Positions 21,798 through 29,873 of a stretch of DNA of 58,058 nt are shown one piece after another. Each line of letters starts with the position of its first letter. Position 1 is the first letter of the stretch. The translations under genes and the position numbers were made by a program. The notes under the pieces were generated by a model. The model had not been told where the DNA came from. It searched no databases and saw nothing but the letters and a program-made list of their open reading frames with translations. This DNA comes from Candidatus Fervidifonticultor quintus. Lineage in GTDB: Bacteria > Sysuimicrobiota > Sysuimicrobiia > Sysuimicrobiales > Humicultoraceae. The stretch spans positions 1 through 58,058 of the forward strand of contig JAVKIJ010000008.1 in NCBI GenBank assembly GCA_031459535.1, given 5' to 3'.

Positions 21798-21826
21798 ATT
21801 ATGCACAATTTCAGGGCATTCGACCA
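21798..21826 (-). promoter_or_regulatory. Possible promoter (CATAAT -10) of the HEAT...ftsEX run, overlapped by the DnaA-box match TTATGCACA (21799-21807)
   Basis: AT-rich patch in a GC-rich background; -35 is poor (TGGTCG at 17 nt). Confidence 0.35.
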
Positions 21827-21838
21827 TGGTCCTCCCTC

Positions 21839-21896
21839 ACCCGCCTGTGAACCGGACACACGGACCGCACCCGTGGGTCCGGGCAGTCGGGCGGGT
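21839..21896. repeat. 58-nt imperfect inverted repeat (20 paired positions) in the divergent intergenic region
   Basis: ACCCGCCTG/CGGGCGGGT, CCGGAC/GTCCGG and CACGG/CCGTG stems around a 7-nt loop. Confidence 0.7.
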
Positions 21897-21903
21897 CGCA
21901 ACC

Positions 21904-21932
21904 TTGCATTGGCAGAAGCCAGTTCCTATACT
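21904..21932 (+). promoter_or_regulatory. Sigma70 promoter TTGCAT-N17-TATACT, positioned for a leaderless transcript
   Basis: Near-consensus hexamers; ATG at 21940 lies 7 nt after the -10; no SD. Confidence 0.7.
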
Positions 21933-21939
21933 CAACGTA

Positions 21940-22284
21940 ATGGGATTGGCTGCTGCTGTCCGCTTCGCGCACGCCAGCGAAGCGGAGTTTGCGCGGATCC
22001 TGGACTTCTACGGCATCCGCTGGGAATATGAACCTCGGTCGTTTCCGCTGGAGTGGTCCGAGGACGGCCGCGTTATCGAGAGCTTCAGCCCGGATTTCTA
22101 TCTCCCCGACTTCGACCTCTACATCGAGCTGACAACCCTCAAGCAGAGCCTCGTGACCCGCAAGAACCGCAAGCTGCGCCGTCTGCGCGAACTGTACCCG
22201 GGCGTGCGCGTGAAGATCTTCTACGGCAGAGACTATCGCCATCTGCTGGCGAAGTATGACCTGCAGCCGAGCGGCGCGCGGTGA
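21940..22284 (+). CDS. Small hypothetical protein with a PD-(D/E)xK-like motif
   Basis: SEAEFA...WEYEP...PDFYLP...YIELTT; TGATG overlap with hpt. Confidence 0.75.
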   Translation: MGLAAAVRFAHASEAEFARILDFYGIRWEYEPRSFPLEWSEDGRVIESFSPDFYLPDFDLYIELTTLKQSLVTRKNRKLRRLRELYPGVRVKIFYGRDYRHLLAKYDLQPSGAR

Positions 22285-22841
22285 TGCCGCAGCCCCCCGT
22301 CACGCGGATCCTCTTCAGCGAAGAACAGATCCAGGCGCGCGTACGGGAGCTGGCCGACGAGATCCGGCGCGACTACCAGGGTCGCGATCTGGTGCTGGTT
22401 ACCGTCCTCAAGGGCGGCTTGTACTTCCTCGCAGACCTGACCCGCGCGCTGCGGATGCCGCTGGCCATCGACTTCATGGCCATCAGCTCCTACCGAGGCG
22501 GCAAGGGGGCCACGGGTGCGGTCAGGCTCATCAAGGACCTCGACGAAGAGATCACGGGCCGGTGGGTCCTCCTCGTCGAGGACATCATCGATACAGGTCT
22601 GACCGCTTCCTACCTGCTCCGGACGCTCCAGGCCCGCGACCCCGCCGATCTGGCGATCTGCACCCTGCTGGACAAGCGCGCCAGACGCATCGCCGAAGGG
22701 CTCCCCATCCGCTACTGCGGGTTCGAGGCTCCTGACGCGTTCCTGGTGGGGTACGGGCTGGACCACCGGCAGCTGCACCGCAACCTGCCCTACATCGGGG
22801 TCCTCGATCCCGCAGAGCTGGGTCTGGCGCCCGAGGCGTAG
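22284..22841 (+). CDS. hpt: Hypoxanthine phosphoribosyltransferase
   Basis: VLKG, ISSY, VLLVEDIIDTG, LLDK, FLVGYGLD, RNLPYI. Confidence 0.93.
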   Translation: MPQPPVTRILFSEEQIQARVRELADEIRRDYQGRDLVLVTVLKGGLYFLADLTRALRMPLAIDFMAISSYRGGKGATGAVRLIKDLDEEITGRWVLLVEDIIDTGLTASYLLRTLQARDPADLAICTLLDKRARRIAEGLPIRYCGFEAPDAFLVGYGLDHRQLHRNLPYIGVLDPAELGLAPEA

Positions 22842-22852
22842 CGCCTCTGCCG

Positions 22853-22879
22853 ACAGGGAATCGCCCCGGAGCCGCGAAT
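22853..22879 (+). promoter_or_regulatory. Putative sigma-H-like promoter ACAGGG-N17-GAAT
   Basis: Recurring motif, upstream of the ABC operon. Confidence 0.4.
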
Positions 22880-22925
22880 CGCCATCCCGTACCCGGCACA
22901 ACCGAACAGCACGGAGGGCGCTCAT

Positions 22926-23969
22926 ATGACGCACCTGGCAGTCCGGCTCGCACTGGTGGTAGCCGTCACTCTGGTTGCGGTCGCCGCGGCCCCTGCCCAG
23001 CCAGCCCGACCGACGGCCAGGGTCCAGTGGAAGTTCACCCTGGACTTCGTCGTCCAGGGACCTCAGGCGCCCTTCCTCGTTGCGTTGGAGAAGGGCTACT
23101 TCGCCGAAGAGGGCCTCGCGGTCACCATTGACCGTGGCTTCGGTTCGGCCGATGCGGTGACCAAGATCGCCACGGGTGCCTACCACCTGGGCTACGCCGA
23201 CATCAACTCGATGATCGAGTTCAACGCCCGGAACCCGGGACGCGAACTGGTCGCCATCGCCATCGTGCTCAACGAGCCGCCGTTCTCCATCATCACCCTC
23301 AAGCGGGAGGGCATCACGCGGCCCGTGGACCTCTACGGCAAGCGGCTGGGCGCGCCGGCCGGCGACGCGCCTCGGAGGCTATGGCCGCTGTTCGCCAGGG
23401 CGGTGGGGCTGCATCCGGCCTCGGTGGAGTGGGTGACGATGGACGTGCCCCTGCGCGAGCCCATGCTCATCCGCGGTGACGTCAATGCCATCTCGGGCTT
23501 CTACTTCACCTCGTACATCAACCTGAAGGCCGCCAGGGTCAATCCCGACGACATCGTGGCGTTCATGTACAGCGATCAAGGCCTGCCGCTCTATGGTAAT
23601 GCCATCATGGCGCCGCCGGCGCTACTCCAGGCTGAGCCGGCCGCCGTCCGGGGGTTCCTACGGGCGTTCATCCGCGCCCTACGGGACACCATCGCCAACC
23701 CCGCAGAGGCCGTCGCGATCATCAAGAGGCGCGACCCTCTGATCAACGAGGCGGTGGAGCTGGAGCGGCTGCAGCTCGCCCTGCGACTCAATATCCTGAC
23801 CCGGGACGTACGCGCTGCGGGGTTCGGCGCGGCCAAGGGAGAGCGGTTGGCCCGATCCATCGAGCTGCTGGCCGAGGCGTTCGGCCTGCCGGTCAAGCCG
23901 CGTTGGCAGCAGGTGTTCACCGACAGGTTCCTGCCCCCGAGGGCCGACCGCATGCTGCCGTTGAGGTGA
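22926..23969 (+). CDS. NMT1/THI5/SsuA-type ABC substrate-binding protein
   Basis: Signal peptide; ALEKGYFAEEGL, RGFGS, LYGNAI. Confidence 0.85.
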   Translation: MTHLAVRLALVVAVTLVAVAAAPAQPARPTARVQWKFTLDFVVQGPQAPFLVALEKGYFAEEGLAVTIDRGFGSADAVTKIATGAYHLGYADINSMIEFNARNPGRELVAIAIVLNEPPFSIITLKREGITRPVDLYGKRLGAPAGDAPRRLWPLFARAVGLHPASVEWVTMDVPLREPMLIRGDVNAISGFYFTSYINLKAARVNPDDIVAFMYSDQGLPLYGNAIMAPPALLQAEPAAVRGFLRAFIRALRDTIANPAEAVAIIKRRDPLINEAVELERLQLALRLNILTRDVRAAGFGAAKGERLARSIELLAEAFGLPVKPRWQQVFTDRFLPPRADRMLPLR

Positions 23970-24760
23970 TGCCGGAACCGTTCGTTGAACTCGAGCAGGT
24001 CACCCTGGACTACCGACACGAGGGTCGGGTCGTCCGCGCCATCGAGGACGTGGACCTCACGGTGGCCCGCGGCGAGTTCGTGGTCATCGCCGGGCCCAGC
24101 GGTTGCGGCAAGACTACCCTGCTCAAGAGCCTGGCCGGTCTGATTCTTCCTACCCGCGGAGCGATCCGGGTGGCGCGGGCACCAGTGCGCGGCCCGCTCA
24201 AGGTGGTAGGCATGGCGTTCCAGAACCCCATCCTCCTGCCCTGGCGCAAGACCCTGGACAACGTCCTGCTGCCCCTGGAAATCGTGACCCCTCACCGCGA
24301 GCGCTTCAAACAGCGGCGGGCGGCCTACGCCGCTGATGCCCGTAACCTGCTGGCGTCGGTGGGGCTGGCCGGCTTCGAGGACCGGTATCCCTGGCAACTG
24401 TCCGGTGGCCAGCAGCAGCGCGCGAGCCTGTGCCGGGCGCTCATCCACCAGCCCGAACTGCTGTTGCTGGACGAACCCTTCGGGGCGCTGGACGCCTTCA
24501 CGCGCGAAGAGCTGTGGGGGGTCCTCCAGGCGCTGTGGATGCAGAGGCGCTTCACGGTCGTGCTGGTCACCCACGACCTGAGGGAAGCGGTGTTCCTGGC
24601 CGACGTGGTGTACGTGATGAGTGCCCGGCCCGGCAGGCTGACCTACCGAACGGCGGTGCCGCTGCCGAGGCCGCGAACCCTGGAGGACACATTCAGCGAG
24701 GCGTTCACCCAGACGTACCACGAAGTCCGGCGGCGGGTCGGCGAGGTGCTGGCGGCGTGA
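23969..24760 (+). CDS. TauB/SsuB-type ABC ATPase
   Basis: GPSGCGKTT, LLPWR, LSGGQQQR, LDEPFGALD, SARPG. Confidence 0.92.
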   Translation: MPEPFVELEQVTLDYRHEGRVVRAIEDVDLTVARGEFVVIAGPSGCGKTTLLKSLAGLILPTRGAIRVARAPVRGPLKVVGMAFQNPILLPWRKTLDNVLLPLEIVTPHRERFKQRRAAYAADARNLLASVGLAGFEDRYPWQLSGGQQQRASLCRALIHQPELLLLDEPFGALDAFTREELWGVLQALWMQRRFTVVLVTHDLREAVFLADVVYVMSARPGRLTYRTAVPLPRPRTLEDTFSEAFTQTYHEVRRRVGEVLAA

Positions 24761-25533
24761 GGTCCACCGACCGGCTGCGCCAGTGGCTGCCGCCCGTGGC
24801 CGTCATCGCGGCGTGCATCGGCACCTGGGAACTGGGGGTGGCGGCGCTGGGGGTCCCCGAGTTCATCCTGCCGGGGCCCAGCGCGGTGTGGGCAGCCCTG
24901 GTGAAGTGGCGGAGCGCCATCTGGTTCAACGCCGCCCAAACGCTCTATACGACCCTGGTCGGGTTCGCGCTGGCCCTCGCGGGTGGCATGGGCCTGGGAC
25001 TGGCCATCGGGTACTCCACCCTGGTGTACCGGGCGCTGTACCCCCTGCTGGTGGCGTTCAACAGCGTGCCGAAGGTGGCCATCGTGCCGGTGCTGGTCAT
25101 CTGGTTCGGGATCGGCACCATCCCGGCCATCATCACCGCATTCGCCATCTCCTTCTTTCCCATCGTCGTGAACGTAGCGACCGGCCTGGCCACCCTGGAA
25201 CCAGAATGGCAGGACGTGCTCCGGTCGTTGGGGGCCAGCCGGTGGGACATCTTCGTCAAGATTGGCATCCCGCGCTCGCTGCCGTACTTCTTTGCGTCGC
25301 TCAAGGTGGCGGCCACCCTGGCCTTCGTCGGCGCCGTGATCTCCGAGACGGTGGCGGCCAACAGAGGCATCGGCTACCTGATGATCTCTGCCAGCGCTCG
25401 ATTCGAGGTTCCGCTGGTCTTCGCCGGTCTCGTGGTGGTCGCCGCGATGGGGGTGGCCCTCTTCGCGGTCTTCGCCGTGGTCGAGCAGCGGCTGGCCGGC
25501 TGGGCCTACCGCGGCGGAGCCATCATCACCTGA
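24757..25533 (+). CDS. TauC/SsuC-type ABC permease
   Basis: ILPGPS, PKVAIVP, FFPIVVN, P.SLPYFF; GTGA overlap with the ATPase gene. Confidence 0.9.
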   Translation: MRSTDRLRQWLPPVAVIAACIGTWELGVAALGVPEFILPGPSAVWAALVKWRSAIWFNAAQTLYTTLVGFALALAGGMGLGLAIGYSTLVYRALYPLLVAFNSVPKVAIVPVLVIWFGIGTIPAIITAFAISFFPIVVNVATGLATLEPEWQDVLRSLGASRWDIFVKIGIPRSLPYFFASLKVAATLAFVGAVISETVAANRGIGYLMISASARFEVPLVFAGLVVVAAMGVALFAVFAVVEQRLAGWAYRGGAIIT

Positions 25534-25536
25534 CGC

Positions 25537-25577
25537 GCCGGGCCCGGCCCGTGGCACCCGGGAGGCCGCGGCCCGGC
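25537..25577. terminator. GC-rich hairpin between convergent operons (possible bidirectional terminator)
   Basis: GCCGGGCC-CGGCC pairs with GGCCG-C-GGCCCGGC; no U-tract. Confidence 0.45.
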
Positions 25578-26525
25578 TCAATCGGGCACGATCCGCGTTC
25601 CCGTCTCGCCCGCCAGTGCCCGCTCGATGTTCTCAGGATTGGTGATGATTGCCTCGCGCCCACCCCGCTCCAGGTACCAGACGATGGCCTGGATCTTCGG
25701 CGCCATGCTGCCCGTGGCGAAGTGGCCACCCTCCTCCAGGTGACGTCGAGCCTCGGACAGCGTCATCCGCGACACCCACTCTTGATTGGGCTTCCCGAAG
25801 TTGAGCGCTACCTTCTCAACCGCGGTGCTGATTAGGAACAGATCGGCCTTGATGGCGGTGGCCAGCAACGATGAGGCATAATCCTTGTCAATCACGGCGG
25901 CCACGCCACGGAGGTTGCCCTCGGCATCGGCGACCACGGGCACGCCGCCGCCGCCGACGGTGATGACGGTGAAGCCGGCTCCGATCAAATTCAGCACGGC
26001 GTGCTCCTCCACGATGCGCCGCGGCAGCGGCGAGGGCACCACCCGGCGCCAGCCGCGGCCCGCGTCTTCCATGATCGCCCACCCTTCCTCATCGCGGCGG
26101 CGCTGTGCGGTTGCCCTGTCCATGTACGAACCGATGGGCTTGCTGGGAGCGGCAAACGCCGGGTCGTCGGCCGCCACCTCGACCTGGGTCACGACCGTGA
26201 CCGCGTGCTTGGCGAGGCCCATGCGCCGGAAGTGGTTGTAGAGGTTCTGCTGCAGCGCGTAGCCGATGGCGCCCTGGGTGTCGGCGCCGCACACGTCGAG
26301 CGGGACCTCGTGCAGTTCGTGGCGGGCCAGTTCGGATCGCCGGAGGATGAAACCGACCTGCGGCCCGTTCCCGTGGGTGATGGCCACGTCCCAGCCCTCT
26401 TTGATCATGGCGGCAATGTGTGCGCAGGTCTCGCCCGCAGCGCGGTACTGGTCCTCGACCGTCTGGTGTTGCGGGTCTTTGATGAGCGAATTCCCCCCGA
26501 TGGCGACCACAGCGACCTTCGGCAT
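25578..26525 (-). CDS. arcC: Carbamate kinase
   Basis: AIGGNSL, THGNGPQVG, KPIG, GWRRVVPSP, VIDKD, GSMAPK. Confidence 0.95.
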   Translation of the reverse strand: MPKVAVVAIGGNSLIKDPQHQTVEDQYRAAGETCAHIAAMIKEGWDVAITHGNGPQVGFILRRSELARHELHEVPLDVCGADTQGAIGYALQQNLYNHFRRMGLAKHAVTVVTQVEVAADDPAFAAPSKPIGSYMDRATAQRRRDEEGWAIMEDAGRGWRRVVPSPLPRRIVEEHAVLNLIGAGFTVITVGGGGVPVVADAEGNLRGVAAVIDKDYASSLLATAIKADLFLISTAVEKVALNFGKPNQEWVSRMTLSEARRHLEEGGHFATGSMAPKIQAIVWYLERGGREAIITNPENIERALAGETGTRIVPD

Positions 26526-26546
26526 GGTGCTCCTCCCTCCGGCCCT

Positions 26547-27521
26547 CTACCCCATGGTCAGAGCCATGACCGCCTTCTGCACGTGGAGCCGGTTCTCTGC
26601 CTGGTCATACACCACTGACCGCGGACCGTCGATGACTGGGTCGGTGACCTCGATGTTCCGGTCGGCGGGGAGGGGGTGCATATAGATCGCCCCGGGCGCC
26701 AGCGCCATGCGCCGCTCATCGGTGATCCAGTCCCTGTACTTCTGGATGATCTGCGCGCCCTGCGCCTCATCGGTGGTGGTGAGCAGCGCACCCCAGCTCT
26801 TGGCGTAGATCACATCACTGCCCCGAAAGCCGGCGTCGAAGTCGTCCAGGATCTCGAAGCCCACCCCGGCCGCCCGGGCGTTGGCCCTGGCCTGCTCCAC
26901 CACGTCGGGCATCAGCCCAAACTCCGGTGGGTGTACCAGCCGCACGTTGAGGCCAAAGCGCGGCAACAGTAGGATCAGGTCTTGCGGAATGCTGATGGGT
27001 TTCTGGTAGCTGGCCGCGCAGGCCCAGCTCACGGTGACGGTCTTGCCGCGGAGATCGCCCTTCTTCTCCATGATGGTCAGCAGGTCGGCGAGCGTCTGGA
27101 ACGGATGCCACAGGTCGCACTGCATGTTCAACACGGGCACCCGGCTGGCGGCGGCCACCTCGTTGATGTAGCGGTTGCCCACCCCCCAATCCACGTGGCG
27201 GATGGCTATGCCGTCGTTGTAGCGGCCCAGGATCTCCCCGATCTCCTTGGCGGTGTCGCCATGGGCGATCTGGGTGGTCCGACTCTCGATGAACTGGGCG
27301 TGACCCCCCAACTGGGCCATGCCAGCCTCAAACGAGGCGCGAGTCCGCGTGCTCGGGAAGAAGAACAGCAGGGCCAGGACCTTGTGGAGCAGATAGGGGT
27401 GGGGGATCCCCAGAGCCCGTTTGCGCTTCAGGTCCACGGCCACATCCAGCACCGTCTCGATCTCCTCCCTGGTCCACTCCTGGAGCGTGATCAGATCGCG
27501 ACCCCGAAGATGCGTCTGCAC
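26547..27521 (-). CDS. Knotted-type transcarbamylase (YgeW/ArgF'-like)
   Basis: STRT, HPFQ, SWACAASYQKPISIPQ (YgeW-like loop), YAKSWG in place of the OTC SMG motif, HPLPAD. Confidence 0.8.
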   Translation of the reverse strand: MQTHLRGRDLITLQEWTREEIETVLDVAVDLKRKRALGIPHPYLLHKVLALLFFFPSTRTRASFEAGMAQLGGHAQFIESRTTQIAHGDTAKEIGEILGRYNDGIAIRHVDWGVGNRYINEVAAASRVPVLNMQCDLWHPFQTLADLLTIMEKKGDLRGKTVTVSWACAASYQKPISIPQDLILLLPRFGLNVRLVHPPEFGLMPDVVEQARANARAAGVGFEILDDFDAGFRGSDVIYAKSWGALLTTTDEAQGAQIIQKYRDWITDERRMALAPGAIYMHPLPADRNIEVTDPVIDGPRSVVYDQAENRLHVQKAVMALTMG

Positions 27522-27532
27522 GGCGCCCCCTC

Positions 27533-28486
27533 CTACTCCACCGCGCCCAGCACCAGCGCCAGCAGGGCCATGCGCACCACCACGCCGTTGAAGGCCTCGG
27601 TCCAGTACCGCGCATGCCGCGTGGCGTCCACATCGGTGGGCAGCTCGTCCATACGCGGCAGCGAATGCAGGATGATGGCTCCCTTCTTGGCTCGATCGTG
27701 CAGCATCTGGCGCGTGACCCTGTAGGCCGGCGGCGTGGTGCCCACCTCACCGGCGCGCTCGTCCCGGGCCTTGGTGTAGTCGGGTTGGACGACGGGCTCC
27801 ATGTAGATCACATCCGCCTCGCCGATCGCGTCTTCGGCGGCGGCCACCTCCTGGTAGCGGACGTTGCGCTCGTCCAGCTCGGCCTTGAACTCGGGCAGCA
27901 GCGACATCTGGGGCGGGGAAACCACGAACGCCTCCACGTCGAACTGGGACATGGCGTAGAGAATGGAGTGCATGGTCCGCATGCGCATGTCGCCCACCAG
28001 CAGGAACTTCAGACCGTCCAGCGTCCCTAGCTCCTTCCAGGTGGTGTAGAGGTCGGTGAGCACCTGAGTGGGGTGCTCGCCCCAGCCGTCGCCGCAGTTG
28101 ATGACCGGGACGGAGGCCCAGCGGGCCGCTTCATGGGGCGCGCCCTGCTGGAAGTGGCGCATGGCGATCACGTCGCCGTAGTATTCCAGCATGTGCACCG
28201 TGTCCTTGATGGACTCCTGGTAGAAGTCGCCGGCACGGGTCATCTTGACGTCGGCGAACCCGAGCACGCTGCCGCCCAGGCGCAGCATGGCCGCCTCCGT
28301 GGCCAGCCGGGTGCGGGTGCTGGGCTGGTAGAATGCCACGCACAGCGTCTTGTGCTTCAACAGGTCGGTGTTGCGCCGGTCCCGGGCGTAGGGTGCCAGA
28401 TCGTCGGCGACCTGGAAGACCCGGAAAAACTCGTTCCGCTCGAAATCCTTGAGCGACAGGATGTCACGGCCCAGAAAGCTCCTCAT
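27533..28486 (-). CDS. ATCase-fold transcarbamylase with an altered substrate pocket
   Basis: STRTR, MRH, NCGDG..HPTQ, HSLPR are present; YMEPVVQ replaces YMTRVQ. Confidence 0.82.
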   Translation of the reverse strand: MRSFLGRDILSLKDFERNEFFRVFQVADDLAPYARDRRNTDLLKHKTLCVAFYQPSTRTRLATEAAMLRLGGSVLGFADVKMTRAGDFYQESIKDTVHMLEYYGDVIAMRHFQQGAPHEAARWASVPVINCGDGWGEHPTQVLTDLYTTWKELGTLDGLKFLLVGDMRMRTMHSILYAMSQFDVEAFVVSPPQMSLLPEFKAELDERNVRYQEVAAAEDAIGEADVIYMEPVVQPDYTKARDERAGEVGTTPPAYRVTRQMLHDRAKKGAIILHSLPRMDELPTDVDATRHARYWTEAFNGVVVRMALLALVLGAVE

Positions 28487-28526
28487 GCCCTTGCCCTCCT
28501 CTTCGTGGGGTCCTTCGGGGCGTCGT

Positions 28527-29873
28527 TCATCGTTCGACGCCGGTGAAGAGCACGGCGACGCGCTCGCTGGAGTCCACGCCGCCCTCATCCAACAACTGCA
28601 GCAGTCCGGCCAGCCCTGCGGAGCCGGTGGGGTCCACGTTGATACCCGCGGCGGTGTGGGCCAGATCATGGGCACGCCTCAACATCTCCTCGGACACCAC
28701 CACCGGGAAGCCCCCGGTGGTCAGCATGCCGCGGACCACCGCCAGCCAGTCATACGTCTCGTCGTCCAGGATCCCGTGGGCGATGCTCTTGGGCTCCTGC
28801 TCCCACGGCCACATGAACGCCCGCCGGTGCGCGGCCGCGTAGCGCAGAGCCTCCTCGGTGTTCCCGGACTCGGCGGCGCGCCGGGCCACCAAGTCGTAGG
28901 CTCGCTTCAGCGGATGGGCGCCCAGCGTCTGGACCGCGTGGATGCGCGGGAGGCGCGCCAGCGCGCCCAGGCGCACGGCGTCCTCCAACGCCTGGACGCA
29001 TGAGCTCGCCAGGGCCCCACCACCCACCTGGACGATCAGGCGGTCCAGATCGCCGCCGCTGCCCGCCAGCACCGAGACGATCTCGAAGCCGAGCGTCTTG
29101 CCGCCCTCGATGGTCAGGCCGTTCTCCGGCCCCTGGCAGGTAAAGGGCAGCGCGCCGGCTGCGATCGCTTGCTGCAACCGGCGATACGTGGGGTCGCCTG
29201 ACCTGCCTTCCTCGCGTGGGCACACCGTGAGGCGCGCCCCAAGGCGTTGCAGACGATCCAGCACCGGCGGATCGGCCCACGGCGGGACGAAGACCTCCAG
29301 AGGGCGCCCGCCGGCCCGGGCCACCACCGCGGCCGCCAGGGCCGCGTTGCCGCAACTGGCGATCGCCAGGGGTCGGGGCCCGTTGACCCTGCCGGGCGCC
29401 AGGCCGATACGCTCCACAACCTCCAGGTGGATGAGCAGGCCCATCAGGTGCCGGGCCTTGTGGGAGCCCGAGACGTTCCCGGTTTCGTCCTTGATCCAGA
29501 CGCCCCCTCCCCCCAAGAAACCGAGCCGACGGCTCAGGTCCTCGCTGGGGCCGAACGGCGTCACCACGAACCCGCGGCCGTCCACGCCGGCGACGGCCCG
29601 GTCCAGCCGCTCCACCAGCGCCACGTACTCGGCGTCTGAGGAGCCGTGGGACCGGGCCAGGTGGTACGAATACGACAGAGTCCGGTAGCGCACGAACGGA
29701 TTGGGCTCTCCGCCGCCCGGGAACTGCAGCCGCGCAGGATCCATGCGGGTGGCCATCACGTGGTCGATGTCGTCCCCCGGCCGCGCGTTGGGACAGCGGA
29801 ATGGATAGGGCTCCTCCGGCGGCGCCTCCACCCCGCACCCCGCGCAGACCACGACGATGGGCAGGCGGCTCAC
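28527..29873 (-). CDS. Threonine-synthase-like fold-II PLP enzyme
   Basis: [25 protein letters not shown]-terminal CxxC; GTGA overlap with the upstream gene. Confidence 0.8.
   Translation of the reverse strand: MSRLPIVVVCAGCGVEAPPEEPYPFRCPNARPGDDIDHVMATRMDPARLQFPGGGEPNPFVRYRTLSYSYHLARSHGSSDAEYVALVERLDRAVAGVDGRGFVVTPFGPSEDLSRRLGFLGGGGVWIKDETGNVSGSHKARHLMGLLIHLEVVERIGLAPGRVNGPRPLAIASCGNAALAAAVVARAGGRPLEVFVPPWADPPVLDRLQRLGARLTVCPREEGRSGDPTYRRLQQAIAAGALPFTCQGPENGLTIEGGKTLGFEIVSVLAGSGGDLDRLIVQVGGGALASSCVQALEDAVRLGALARLPRIHAVQTLGAHPLKRAYDLVARRAAESGNTEEALRYAAAHRRAFMWPWEQEPKSIAHGILDDETYDWLAVVRGMLTTGGFPVVVSEEMLRRAHDLAHTAAGINVDPTGSAGLAGLLQLLDEGGVDSSERVAVLFTGVER

Noticed and set aside
21839-21896. SRP RNA, tRNA or known riboswitch
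   Set aside because: No SRP helix-8 GGAA/AGCAG motif, no T-loop or cloverleaf, and no aptamer consensus I recognise.
22858-22883. GAATCGCC direct repeat as a separate operator
   Set aside because: Only two 8-mers; better explained as part of the promoter-like motif or as chance.
27533-28486. Calling this gene pyrB and its neighbour argF
   Set aside because: Aspartate-binding R229/K84 are missing, the neighbour lacks the OTC SMG motif, and the context is catabolic (carbamate kinase).
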